Below are positions 55,855-64,000 of a stretch of DNA of 64,000 bases, in pieces (within the stretch, counting starts at the first letter, position 1; the number at the start of each line of letters is the position of its first letter). The stretch lies in IMG/VR virus record IMGVR_UViG_2639763197_000004, positions 27,530-91,529 of that record. One strand, 5' to 3'. The translations under genes and the position numbers were made by a program. Source of the DNA: a virus (lineage: Duplodnaviria; Caudoviricetes). A model generated the notes under the pieces. That model saw nothing but the letters and a program-made list of their open reading frames with translations. It made no database searches and was not told the DNA's origin.

Positions 55855-56250
55855 ATGGACTTTGGTTTAAGTGTGTTTGACGCTAACGGCGTTAAAACAT
55901 TAGGTATGGAGGATTTCACCCTACAGAAGTTGGCGGTGTTGATAGTCCCGGCTGCAACTGGTGGCGGAAGAGGTTCTAACTATGAGTACATCCTTATGGA
56001 TGTTCCAGGCTATGATCCCGCCACCTGCTTTGTCACGATCACTCCCAAAGTTTACGCGCCGTATGATCAGCCTGGTTACCCTGATACTTGGGGTGGCTTA
56101 CCGACTTACACAAACTTGGGCGGGACAAGAATTGCGATTTACACACAAATCAATTACCGCGAGCCGGACGGTGGTGGTGGCGGGAAAAACCGCGAGATGT
56201 GGACGCGCAATGTTGTGGAGAGCGTCGTAGAAGTGGTCAAGGTAAATTGA
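55855..56250 (+). CDS. Tail tip accessory protein
   Basis: FGLSVFDANG motif after J; lower GC. Confidence 0.7.
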   Translation: MDFGLSVFDANGVKTLGMEDFTLQKLAVLIVPAATGGGRGSNYEYILMDVPGYDPATCFVTITPKVYAPYDQPGYPDTWGGLPTYTNLGGTRIAIYTQINYREPDGGGGGKNREMWTRNVVESVVEVVKVN

Positions 56251-56251
56251 T

Positions 56252-56977
56252 ATGGATGACTACGGTTTTGTAGCTGTAAACGATCACGGATCTGTCAGCA
56301 TCAGCAGCGTGTACAAAGTACTGGTGTTCTCCGAGCGAGGGCAGTTCAGAATCCAGTCTCGCTACACTGACAAGGAAGGCAAAGGGCAGTTTACCTTTGC
56401 CAAACCTATTCGCACCGTGGAACCGCCCCAAATATTTTTGAGGACGATATCGGCATCACACGCCAGCCTTGGGCTGTATACCTCCATTGAAGGATCTTCC
56501 GGTAACTGGACCGGGTTTCATGTCACATCAGCAGTTCGGGGTGGAAGCGTGTTGCAAGACTATTTAATGGAGTTTGTGTCTTGCAAATATTCCGACCAAA
56601 GCAGCTCATCTGAATACGGACTTGAAGTGCGCGATGCACAAAACCGGATCATGTTTGTGTCCAGTGATAGGGTTGTTCGTTATGGGAAGTTCTCAAAGAG
56701 TTGGACGGTGGGCAGAGGACGTTTTGTAGACATTTACTACAGCGATGTAGCAGTAGAAGCCGATGATTTTATAAGTGTGTCGAGTCTTGATCGAGGAATA
56801 ATGTGGTTTGCAAATGACTCGAAATATGCGGGTATCACAATTTTAGAGGGTGGGGTTCCGGTGTTGCAGATCTTTAATCAGAGGCACTACCTAGAACGAT
56901 TTTATTGGCAAGGCTCAGACGGTTTTTTTCTTGGCGTACCTGTCTGCAAGTTTCCAATAGAACGTTACTACAACTAA
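56252..56977 (+). CDS. Tail tip accessory protein
   Basis: YGFVAVNDHG / YGLEVRDAQ repeats; lower GC. Confidence 0.7.
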   Translation: MDDYGFVAVNDHGSVSISSVYKVLVFSERGQFRIQSRYTDKEGKGQFTFAKPIRTVEPPQIFLRTISASHASLGLYTSIEGSSGNWTGFHVTSAVRGGSVLQDYLMEFVSCKYSDQSSSSEYGLEVRDAQNRIMFVSSDRVVRYGKFSKSWTVGRGRFVDIYYSDVAVEADDFISVSSLDRGIMWFANDSKYAGITILEGGVPVLQIFNQRHYLERFYWQGSDGFFLGVPVCKFPIERYYN

Positions 56978-57015
56978 TTTCAAGTGCTGATGTGGGCACT
57001 CAACTGGAGAAACCT

Positions 57016-57774
57016 ATGGCTTCTTGGTTTTCAGAAGGGACTGTGAGCGTGCAGAACGGGGGCACGACAGTAACGGGCGTCGGCACCAAGTTCTCGAACT
57101 GCCGTTCCGGGGATATGTTCGTCGGCCCTGACCAGGGCATCTATCAGGTGATCAACCCTGCAAGCGATACCTCGTTGTCGATCTCCCCGGCATACCGTGG
57201 TGCGGCCGTTGGCGGCGCCGGGTACGGGATTGTGCCCGTCAATGGCTACCCCAAAGCCCTGGCCGATGCCGTGAACCAAATGGTTCAGCAGTGGGGCGCC
57301 ACGCTCGCGGGCCTGGGGAGCGTATCGACGGAGAACGTCGTGCCGGTGGACAAGGGCGGCACTGGTGGCAGAAATCAGGCTGAAGGGCGCTCAGGTCTGG
57401 GGCTCGGCACTGCTGCAACAGCGGCGCTGACCGTGGGCAATGCGGATACCACACCAGGGCGAGTGCTGAAAAATGGAGACCTTGGCCTTGGTGCGGACTG
57501 TGTAGGGATTTCAGATTGGACGACTGCCTACGATGAACTTGGAGGTGCCTTTATTGCGGGTAATGCGATCTTTCCCGGCGGTACCGGAGAGTCTATTAAC
57601 GCAACAGGCATAACCCTAAGGCGCTCAGGGCGAGTTGGGGCCCAGATGATGATCTACAACGGCGACAACCAATTCCTCTTTCGCTCTGCATTCAACGGCT
57701 TCCTTCCCTGGGTGCGGATGTACCACACCGGCAACACCACCCGCATGGCCGACAACACACTGAGGGCGATCTGA
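57016..57774 (+). CDS. Side tail fibre protein
   Basis: WFSEGTVSV...VTGVGTKF; VPVDKGGTG; WVRMYHTGNTT. Confidence 0.8.
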   Translation: MASWFSEGTVSVQNGGTTVTGVGTKFSNCRSGDMFVGPDQGIYQVINPASDTSLSISPAYRGAAVGGAGYGIVPVNGYPKALADAVNQMVQQWGATLAGLGSVSTENVVPVDKGGTGGRNQAEGRSGLGLGTAATAALTVGNADTTPGRVLKNGDLGLGADCVGISDWTTAYDELGGAFIAGNAIFPGGTGESINATGITLRRSGRVGAQMMIYNGDNQFLFRSAFNGFLPWVRMYHTGNTTRMADNTLRAI

Positions 57775-57776
57775 TC

Positions 57777-58325
57777 ATGGCAAGAGCAGCAATTAACATC
57801 ACCGGCACGGGTGAAAAGTTCGATTTCGTTTCGCTGGGCGGGACCGAGGTGACCTGTTCTCGAAAGGACGTGGGCGTCTACTGCGTCACCGGCACCCGGG
57901 GGATGGTCCCATTCCCGCCCATCGATCAGGGCTGGGGCTACGGGCTTCACCCCTCGGAAAATTCCGCCGAGGTGAACATCTCGTTTGAAGATGACCTACT
58001 CACGGTCACCGTGACCAAGGATGGCGAGCCGTACGATTTGAAGGTCATGATCACGCTGCACATCCTGGTGCCGGATCTACCCCGACAGGAAGAGCTGCCG
58101 CCGCCGGCGCTTGATCCAGTGGTGGCTGCACAAACCCAGATCGCGCACCTGCGAGCCGAGGCGGATTACGCAATCGCGCCACTTCAGGACGCCGTCGATA
58201 TCGACGAAGGGACCGAAGCAGAGCTGGCTACCCTCAAGGCCTGGAAGAAATACCGCGTAGCCCTGAACCGAGTGCCCGAGCAGGACGGGTACCCACTCGC
58301 CATTGATTGGCCCGCCGCGCCGTGA
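57777..58325 (+). CDS. Tail fibre assembly protein (Tfa-like)
   Basis: IAPLQDAVD...WKKYRVALNR...IDWP. Confidence 0.85.
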   Translation: MARAAINITGTGEKFDFVSLGGTEVTCSRKDVGVYCVTGTRGMVPFPPIDQGWGYGLHPSENSAEVNISFEDDLLTVTVTKDGEPYDLKVMITLHILVPDLPRQEELPPPALDPVVAAQTQIAHLRAEADYAIAPLQDAVDIDEGTEAELATLKAWKKYRVALNRVPEQDGYPLAIDWPAAP

Positions 58326-58386
58326 CGCCGCGCTGCTGTCGACCACACCCGCCATCGAGCGGGTTTATTTTTGCCTGGAGAAAAGC

Positions 58387-58812
58387 ATGACCACTTCCGA
58401 AAAAGACCGGGACATCCTGGCGCGTACGCTGTGGGGTGAGGCCCGCGGCGAGGGGCTGTCCGGCCAGATCGCCGTAGCCTGGACCATCCGCAACCGCGTG
58501 TTCGACGGCAAGGCCAAGTCCTGGTGGGGTGAGGGCTACGCCGGCGTGTGCCTGAAGCCATGGCAGTTCAGCTGCTGGAACCAGAACGACCCGAACTACG
58601 CCTACCTCAGCGGTGTGAAGCCGATCCCGGCCGCGCAGCTCGCACAGGCCCAGCGTGCTGCTGACCAGGTGATGGCCGGCGCGGTACCGGATCCAACCGG
58701 CGGGGCCACGCACTACTACGCAACCACGATGCCCAGGGCCCCGGCCTGGGCGGCGAAGGCGAAGCAAACGCTGCGCCTGGGGCACCACATCTTTTTCAAG
58801 GCCGTGCCGTAA
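58387..58812 (+). CDS. Endolysin, SleB/Hydrolase_2-type cell wall hydrolase
   Basis: LARTLWGEARGE...QFSCWN...GATHY...GHHIF. Confidence 0.9.
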   Translation: MTTSEKDRDILARTLWGEARGEGLSGQIAVAWTIRNRVFDGKAKSWWGEGYAGVCLKPWQFSCWNQNDPNYAYLSGVKPIPAAQLAQAQRAADQVMAGAVPDPTGGATHYYATTMPRAPAWAAKAKQTLRLGHHIFFKAVP

Positions 58813-59318
58813 TGACGCCCGCGCAGAAGCTGGGCGGGCTGGTGGTGCTGATCCTGGTGCTGATGGCCAGCGCCGCCGGCGTCACCTGGCAGGTGCAGGA
58901 CTGGCGCTACGGAAAACAACTGGCAGAGATCGGCAAAGCCCAGGCAATCGCCCTAACCGAGGCTGGCAATATGGCCCGCCAAGAAGAACAGCGCCGCCAA
59001 TCGGCAGTGAATAAGGAGGCGAGTGATGCGCGAGAACAAAACAAGGCTGCTGCTGTGGATGCTGGCACCGCTGATGCTGTTGGCGACCGGCTGCACGTCG
59101 AGGCAGGTAAATTTGCCGCCACTACCTGCGTCGATCCCGGAATTGCCCGAGGAGGCGCGTCAGCCGCCCGCGCCGCCATGGTGCTCTCCGAATTGTTCCA
59201 GCGGGCTGACAAGAGAGCGGGAGAGCTGGCGGCGGCGTATGACCGAGCCAGGATAGCAGGGCTAGCTTGCGAGCGGAGCTATCAATCGATGAACCACATT
59301 CGTGGTCGAGAAAATTAG
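58812..59318 (+). CDS. i-spanin Rz-like (DUF2514)
   Basis: N-terminal TM, coiled coil, ARIAGLACE. Confidence 0.85.
   Translation: MTPAQKLGGLVVLILVLMASAAGVTWQVQDWRYGKQLAEIGKAQAIALTEAGNMARQEEQRRQSAVNKEASDAREQNKAAAVDAGTADAVGDRLHVEAGKFAATTCVDPGIARGGASAARAAMVLSELFQRADKRAGELAAAYDRARIAGLACERSYQSMNHIRGREN
59026..59256 (+). CDS. o-spanin Rz1-like lipoprotein embedded in Rz
   Basis: SD AAGGAGG, lipobox LATGC, Pro-rich, +1 frame inside Rz. Confidence 0.85.
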   Translation: MRENKTRLLLWMLAPLMLLATGCTSRQVNLPPLPASIPELPEEARQPPAPPWCSPNCSSGLTRERESWRRRMTEPG

Positions 59319-59581
59319 CATGACCTCAATTCATTTAGGAAAAGCGGAATAGGACTGCGTCGACTGAGTAGCGGCAGCGCATGGGCTATGAGCGGCATCA
59401 GCCCGCAGCCTCCAGAGCTTGTCAGTAGCTCTTAGGCTGCTCCGACTACACTTTTTTTGCCAGAGTGCTTGCATAATCTTGAACGACTTCCGCTGTAGGA
59501 ATCATTCCAGAGAAGCAGTGGGTTTCTTTGATGCTTCTCTGTAGTCCTATATTGACAAGAGACGCCATCACACTCGGCTTT

Positions 59582-60064
59582 TCACTTGTTTCGCAAGGAG
59601 CTAAGTCTTTTCAACGACCATCGTCTGACGCCTTCAGAAAATGTAGGACGAGGAGGCCAGACAGTGATTCTTTCGAAATCTATTTCTAAAGCGTCGCCGA
59701 CAAAGTGCCCTCTAAAGGTGCGGACATCAGTGTAGACCGTATCACCCGTTCTACTTAGGAACGGCGTTTGCGAAACCGCGTTTAAGTCGTTTTCAGTTCG
59801 TGTGTATGGTACCGGGCTGCCGACATCGAGACCGGCGCCTTTCATGTAGGAGTCAATTTTTTTGAGTACATCATCCGGTTTTTCTACGGTGCGCCAATAG
59901 ATGAAATGGCCGTCGTCAGTAAATACCAAATAGACGTGCCAAGGGGCGGTGGCTGGTCTCTCTCCTTCGGAATACCACACTTGCTCGCGCACATCAGAAC
60001 TGACGCTTGTTGTGCAGCCAGAGAGGAGCATTAGGCAGAACGTAGCAATCAATAAGCGAATCAT
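59582..60064 (-). CDS. Lipoprotein moron
   Basis: Lipobox LLSGC; SD AAGGA; lower GC. Confidence 0.8.
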   Translation of the reverse strand: MIRLLIATFCLMLLSGCTTSVSSDVREQVWYSEGERPATAPWHVYLVFTDDGHFIYWRTVEKPDDVLKKIDSYMKGAGLDVGSPVPYTRTENDLNAVSQTPFLSRTGDTVYTDVRTFRGHFVGDALEIDFERITVWPPRPTFSEGVRRWSLKRLSSLRNK

Positions 60065-60409
60065 ATTTCCTTCCTTGAGTTAACTATCCAACTCGAAGCG
60101 TCGCACGCAGGCTGGCCCTAAGAATTTTTAACTACTTCTGCCTTGCCGATCCGTAAAAGTGGTTCAGTACTCTTAACTCAAGCACTGCCGCGAAAACGCA
60201 GAGCGCCAAAAGCCAAGACTGAAGACTCGCTTACGATGGAGTCACCCCAACAGACCAGCGCTCACAAAAGCGAGCTCAAGATCATCCCGAAGGATACATG
60301 GAACGCCTGGAAGCCGCGAGGGTACTGACCTCAGCCACAATTGAGCGTTATACGTGGCAATCGATGCAGCTGCATTCGAGGTCCGTCAAGCGATGACGCT
60401 TTGAACCTT

Positions 60410-60892
60410 TCATCTATTGGAGTATGGGGAATTGATCTTCATTCCTCCGCGCATTTTTTTTACACCCGGCTCCATATCCGCCGGGCACGCGCCCTGAAAG
60501 CTGCCACTAATCACTGTGTGTTGTCTTTCAATTTTTCCATTTAGCTCAAACGACGTATCGGCCGTCAGTACATAGGATTTCGCAAGGTCGCCTTTGAAAG
60601 ATCCGGTCATAATCGCTTCAGAGCAGCGTGATTTGAAATTGTAGCTATCGACGTTACCGCTTTTAGATTCGATTTTGCACTCCTGTTCGAAGTCACTCCA
60701 CAGGTCGTCATCTATAAGCCTGTCTTTCTCATGGTCGACGCATACTTCCCAAGAAAACGGCGAGGTGGACGGAGTAACCTTCCACAAACCTGAAGCGCGT
60801 TGCAGACGCAGCGATGGTTCAGCGGCTGACGCCAAAAATGTTACTGAGAAAGCAATTGCGGTCGACAGCAATATGGCGAAGTACTTCATCAT
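60410..60892 (-). CDS. Secreted protein, DUF3617-like
   Basis: Signal peptide, GLWKV, Cys pattern, GACPADMEPG. Confidence 0.7.
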   Translation of the reverse strand: MMKYFAILLSTAIAFSVTFLASAAEPSLRLQRASGLWKVTPSTSPFSWEVCVDHEKDRLIDDDLWSDFEQECKIESKSGNVDSYNFKSRCSEAIMTGSFKGDLAKSYVLTADTSFELNGKIERQHTVISGSFQGACPADMEPGVKKMRGGMKINSPYSNR

Positions 60893-61044
60893 GCATCCTA
60901 TTTGTAGATGATCACGTTGAGCAGGATACTTAAAAAACAAGTCCTCCTCGCTTGGAAAGAGCCATTGATTCACAGCTGCGTGCCTAAACTGCCCACGGCA
61001 TGGTCAGCGTTACTTGCGTAGCCCGCAATACCCAATGTGCCTCA

Positions 61045-61143
61045 GCGCATGCTCAACGAGTTATCGTCATCACCGATGCCGGCGACCAAGGATTGATCGC
61101 GCTGCGGGCGTGCCAGGCGTAAGTAAGAGCCATTGCGCATTGA
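61045..61143 (+). pseudogene. 3' remnant of a second, different Rz-type i-spanin gene
   Basis: Translates AHAQRVIVITDAGDQGLIALRACQA*VRAIAH*. Confidence 0.65.
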
Positions 61144-61302
61144 GGATGATGGGCTACGCTTTTGGCTTGGATGTTCAGGACAGCAATTTTTCATTAAAAC
61201 TGACAGGCTCTTATGGACAAGCAGTTGGCAGGTCTTTCATTCTTTCTCACGCTTAGCTGGGTTGCCTCTGTGATCTTCGTCATGTGGTTTTTCAGCAAAT
61301 GA

Positions 61303-61980
61303 TCACGTTAGCTGTATCAGCTCTGGCCCTTTGTTTCGAACGTTGCCCACGGCCGTGTTGACTTTAAACCATTCGAAAGCCTCGGCCGGCTCGCCCTGGT
61401 GCAACACCATCTGCTCGGCACGCTCCTTGGGCGTGGCCGGGTCCAGCCATTCCCTGGCCAACTCCGGCGTTAGCACCACGGGCCGCCGGTCGTGGATGTC
61501 CACCATGCCGCCGGCGCTGTCGGCGGTGATGATGACAAAACCGTCATGCTCGCCTTGGCCTTCATCTGCGTCGGGTAGCTGGCCTATGGCCGCGCACAGC
61601 ACTGGCGCGCCATCCCGCCGGCGGATCAGGTAGGGCTGTTTCTTAGGCCCGCCTTCATCAACCCATTCAAACCAGTTGTCCACGGGCGTGATTGCCCGGT
61701 GCGGCCAGATCGCCCTGAAGAATGGCCCGTGGGCCACTTTCTCCACGCGGGCGTTGATCGGGGCTGCTCTATCCTTGGCCCAATGCGGCCGCCAACCCCA
61801 CCGCACCAGGTCTGCGTGCAAGGTTTCATCCTGCAGGTGGAGCAGGGCGACTTGGGTTGTGGGCGCCACGTTGTAACGCTCAAGTGGTGCCTCACCTACG
61901 GAGTTCACCAGGGTGCCGGTCATGCTCAGCGTGGACACATACTCTTGAATACCGCTGTACTGCGAAATCCTCCCGCACAT
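61303..61980 (-). CDS. SOS response-associated peptidase (SRAP/YedK/HMCES family)
   Basis: MCGR N-terminus, YNVAP, INARVE, WFEW, IHDRRP. Confidence 0.93.
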   Translation of the reverse strand: MCGRISQYSGIQEYVSTLSMTGTLVNSVGEAPLERYNVAPTTQVALLHLQDETLHADLVRWGWRPHWAKDRAAPINARVEKVAHGPFFRAIWPHRAITPVDNWFEWVDEGGPKKQPYLIRRRDGAPVLCAAIGQLPDADEGQGEHDGFVIITADSAGGMVDIHDRRPVVLTPELAREWLDPATPKERAEQMVLHQGEPAEAFEWFKVNTAVGNVRNKGPELIQLT

Positions 61981-62045
61981 ACGCACCTCTCCGTCTGTCG
62001 AAATCCCCTACAGAAAAATTGACCGCAAGCCGGCTGCAAAGTTAA

Positions 62046-62061
62046 CTGTACGTCTATACAG
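62046..62061. promoter_or_regulatory. LexA (SOS) box
   Basis: CTGT-ACGTCTAT-ACAG between divergent SRAP and umuD. Confidence 0.88.
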
Positions 62062-62081
62062 TATTTGTAAAAGGCTGCTCT

Positions 62082-62507
62082 ATGAGCTTTACCATTTTAG
62101 GTCCGATATCCGAAGGCGGCACGAAGCTGCCATTTTGCTCTTTCCGCGTGCCGGCCGGATTCCCGTCGCCGGCGGCCGACCACATCGAGCAGCACATCTC
62201 ATTGGATGAGGTTCTAAATATCAGGGCTCCCCACGTTTACTTGATCGCTATCACCGGCGAGAGCATGCAGGGGGCGGGCATCTTTGAAGGTGACCTCGCA
62301 GTCGTGGATCGCTCGATTGAGCCAGTCCACGGGCATATCGTTGTGGCTTTGCTTAACAACGACCCTATCTGTAAGCGCCTGTGCAAGCGAGGGAAAGAGG
62401 TCATTCTGCTATCGGAAAACCCGAAGTATCCGGCTCGCTACATCCTGGAAGGCGATGAGCTCTCAATCTGGGGGGTGATAACCAACACCGTGCGCAGCCA
62501 TGTCTAA
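62082..62507 (+). CDS. umuD: DNA polymerase V subunit UmuD/RulA
   Basis: VPAGFPSPAAD, GESM, CKRL. Confidence 0.93.
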   Translation: MSFTILGPISEGGTKLPFCSFRVPAGFPSPAADHIEQHISLDEVLNIRAPHVYLIAITGESMQGAGIFEGDLAVVDRSIEPVHGHIVVALLNNDPICKRLCKRGKEVILLSENPKYPARYILEGDELSIWGVITNTVRSHV

Positions 62508-63774
62508 GCAGCCTGTGTTCGCGCTGATCGACTGCAACAGCTTCTATGCGAGCTGCGAGCGCGTCTTCCGTCCTGACCTGGCCAAGGTGCCCATCGTAGT
62601 TCTCAGCAATAACGATGGCTGTGTTATCGCCCGCAGCTACGACGCGAAGCCTTTTATCAAAATGGGCGAGCCCTATTTCCAGATCAAGCACAAGCTCAAG
62701 CAGCACGGTATTGTGCCGTTTTCTTCAAATTACGCCCTGTATGGGGATATGAGCGAGCGGGTAATGACCGTGATCGAGAGCATGGTGCCTGCGGTCGAGA
62801 TCTACAGTATCGATGAAGCATTTGCTGACTTGACTGGCATCGATGGTCTGGATGCCCTCGGGCGAAATATTCGGGCCCAGGTGCTGCGCGTTACCGGCAT
62901 TCCAGTTGGCGTAGGCATCGCAACTACGAAAACGCTGGCCAAGCTTGCCAACCACACGGCGAAGCGGCTGCAGTCCCAGACCGGTGGAGTGGTGAACATC
63001 ACCGATCCGGCCAAGCGCGCCTGGGTGCTGCGCAATACCGACGTGGCCGAGGTGTGGGGTGTCGGTCGAAAAATGAAACTCCACCTCGACGCACTTGGCA
63101 TCAAGACGGCCATGGACCTGGCCAAGGCTGACCCGTGGGCGCTGCGCAAGAAGTTCAGCATCGTGATTGAGAAGACTGCCCGGGAGTTGGCCGGCACGTC
63201 TTGCCTGGAGCTGGACGAGCCCGACCCGCCGAAGCAGGAGATTTGTTGCAGTCGGATGTTCGGTAAGCGCCTGACCGAGTTGCCGCCGATCAAGGAGGCG
63301 CTGGCCACCTACATGATGCGGGCCTCTGAAAAGCTCCGGGCTCAGGGTTCGCTATGCAAGAAGGTCCGTGTCTGCATCCGTACCGGCATGTTCAACCCGG
63401 AAGAGGCCAAGTATGCGAACGGGGTTGTAGTCGATCTGCCTTATCCAACCGACGACGTGCGCCTACTCACGAAGGCTGCGGTTGATGCGGTGGACCATAT
63501 CTACCGGCCAGGCTTTAAATACAACAAGGCCGAGGTGATGCTGCTCAACCTTTGCCGGCCAGGCGAGTACACCGACGATCTATTCACCGTGTCGCAGCCT
63601 GCGCAGGCTACCAGGGTAATGAGGGTGCTGGACCAGATCAATGGGCGGTGGGGAAAGGGAACGCTGCGGTCTGCCAGTGTGCCGATGAACCCCGACTGGG
63701 GAATGCGTCGGGAAATGATGAGCCAGAGTTTTACGACGAGGCTTGATCAGCTGTGGTCGGTGGCTTGTAAGTAG
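62500..63774 (+). CDS. umuC: DNA polymerase V subunit UmuC/RulB
   Basis: DCNSFYASCE, VLSNNDGC, YSIDE, W.MRREMMS. Confidence 0.95.
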   Translation: MSKQPVFALIDCNSFYASCERVFRPDLAKVPIVVLSNNDGCVIARSYDAKPFIKMGEPYFQIKHKLKQHGIVPFSSNYALYGDMSERVMTVIESMVPAVEIYSIDEAFADLTGIDGLDALGRNIRAQVLRVTGIPVGVGIATTKTLAKLANHTAKRLQSQTGGVVNITDPAKRAWVLRNTDVAEVWGVGRKMKLHLDALGIKTAMDLAKADPWALRKKFSIVIEKTARELAGTSCLELDEPDPPKQEICCSRMFGKRLTELPPIKEALATYMMRASEKLRAQGSLCKKVRVCIRTGMFNPEEAKYANGVVVDLPYPTDDVRLLTKAAVDAVDHIYRPGFKYNKAEVMLLNLCRPGEYTDDLFTVSQPAQATRVMRVLDQINGRWGKGTLRSASVPMNPDWGMRREMMSQSFTTRLDQLWSVACK

Positions 63775-63790
63775 CGACGGTATCCGACGA

Positions 63791-64000
63791 TCAGTCAGGA
63801 GTCATGAGTACGGCTAGTGTCAGCTTTATGAACTCCTCATTCCGGTCGATGGCGTCCAGCGCTCCGCGAACGTTGTCGGCGATTTCGGTGCCGCCTTGCT
63901 GCTCAACCCAGTTCGTAAGTTCCATGATGGCTGCTTCAAGGGCGAGCTGGTTTTCGTTGATTTTGGAAAGCAGGGAAGGGAGCAGGTCAGAGTTCGGCAT
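63791..64000 (-). CDS. Small hypothetical protein
   Basis: 69 aa ORF starting at the last base of the window. Confidence 0.6.
   Translation of the reverse strand: MPNSDLLPSLLSKINENQLALEAAIMELTNWVEQQGGTEIADNVRGALDAIDRNEEFIKLTLAVLMTPD

Larger units (their letters stand above)
8978..63800. mobile_element. Lambdoid siphovirus prophage (att sites not identified in window)
   Basis: Complete module order int-xis-early-recombination-immunity-replication-nin-Q-holin-head-tail-lysin-SOS cargo. Confidence 0.92.

Noticed and set aside
57016-57774. Tail fibre as a remote DGR target
   Set aside because: No TR-like sequence or RVRPVR ending found by eye in the tail genes
60143-60328. 61-aa ORF between morons
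   Set aside because: TTG start with no SD and no recognisable motif
63775-64000. attR or tRNA integration site
   Set aside because: No tRNA and no repeat matching the int-proximal end could be found in the window

Overview
Pseudomonas-like DNA containing two prophages. (1) 1-~8977: the early/left end of a Mu-like transposable prophage, with S24 repressor, Ner, transposase A/B, a semi-essential region and GemA running off the window edge. Its terminal TG appears to lie inside the last codons of the neighbouring integrase. (2) ~8978-63800: a largely intact lambdoid siphovirus prophage of at least 55 kb. It carries int/xis, an early-left operon, YqaJ/RecT, an immunity region with readable operators and promoters, O/DnaB, nin/Q, holins, head, a lambda-like tail, endolysin/spanins, morons, SRAP and LexA-boxed umuDC. 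Three observations stand out. First, two same-strand type II hammerhead ribozymes with covarying stems bracket the DUF2786 gene in the Mu-like early operon. Second, a complete diversity-generating retroelement (RT, Avd, TR) has two adenine-mutagenised targets that are small early-operon proteins rather than the tail fibre. Third, the Mu-like phage appears nested in the 3' end of the other prophage's integrase. Protein family names come from motif recognition and synteny, not database searches.
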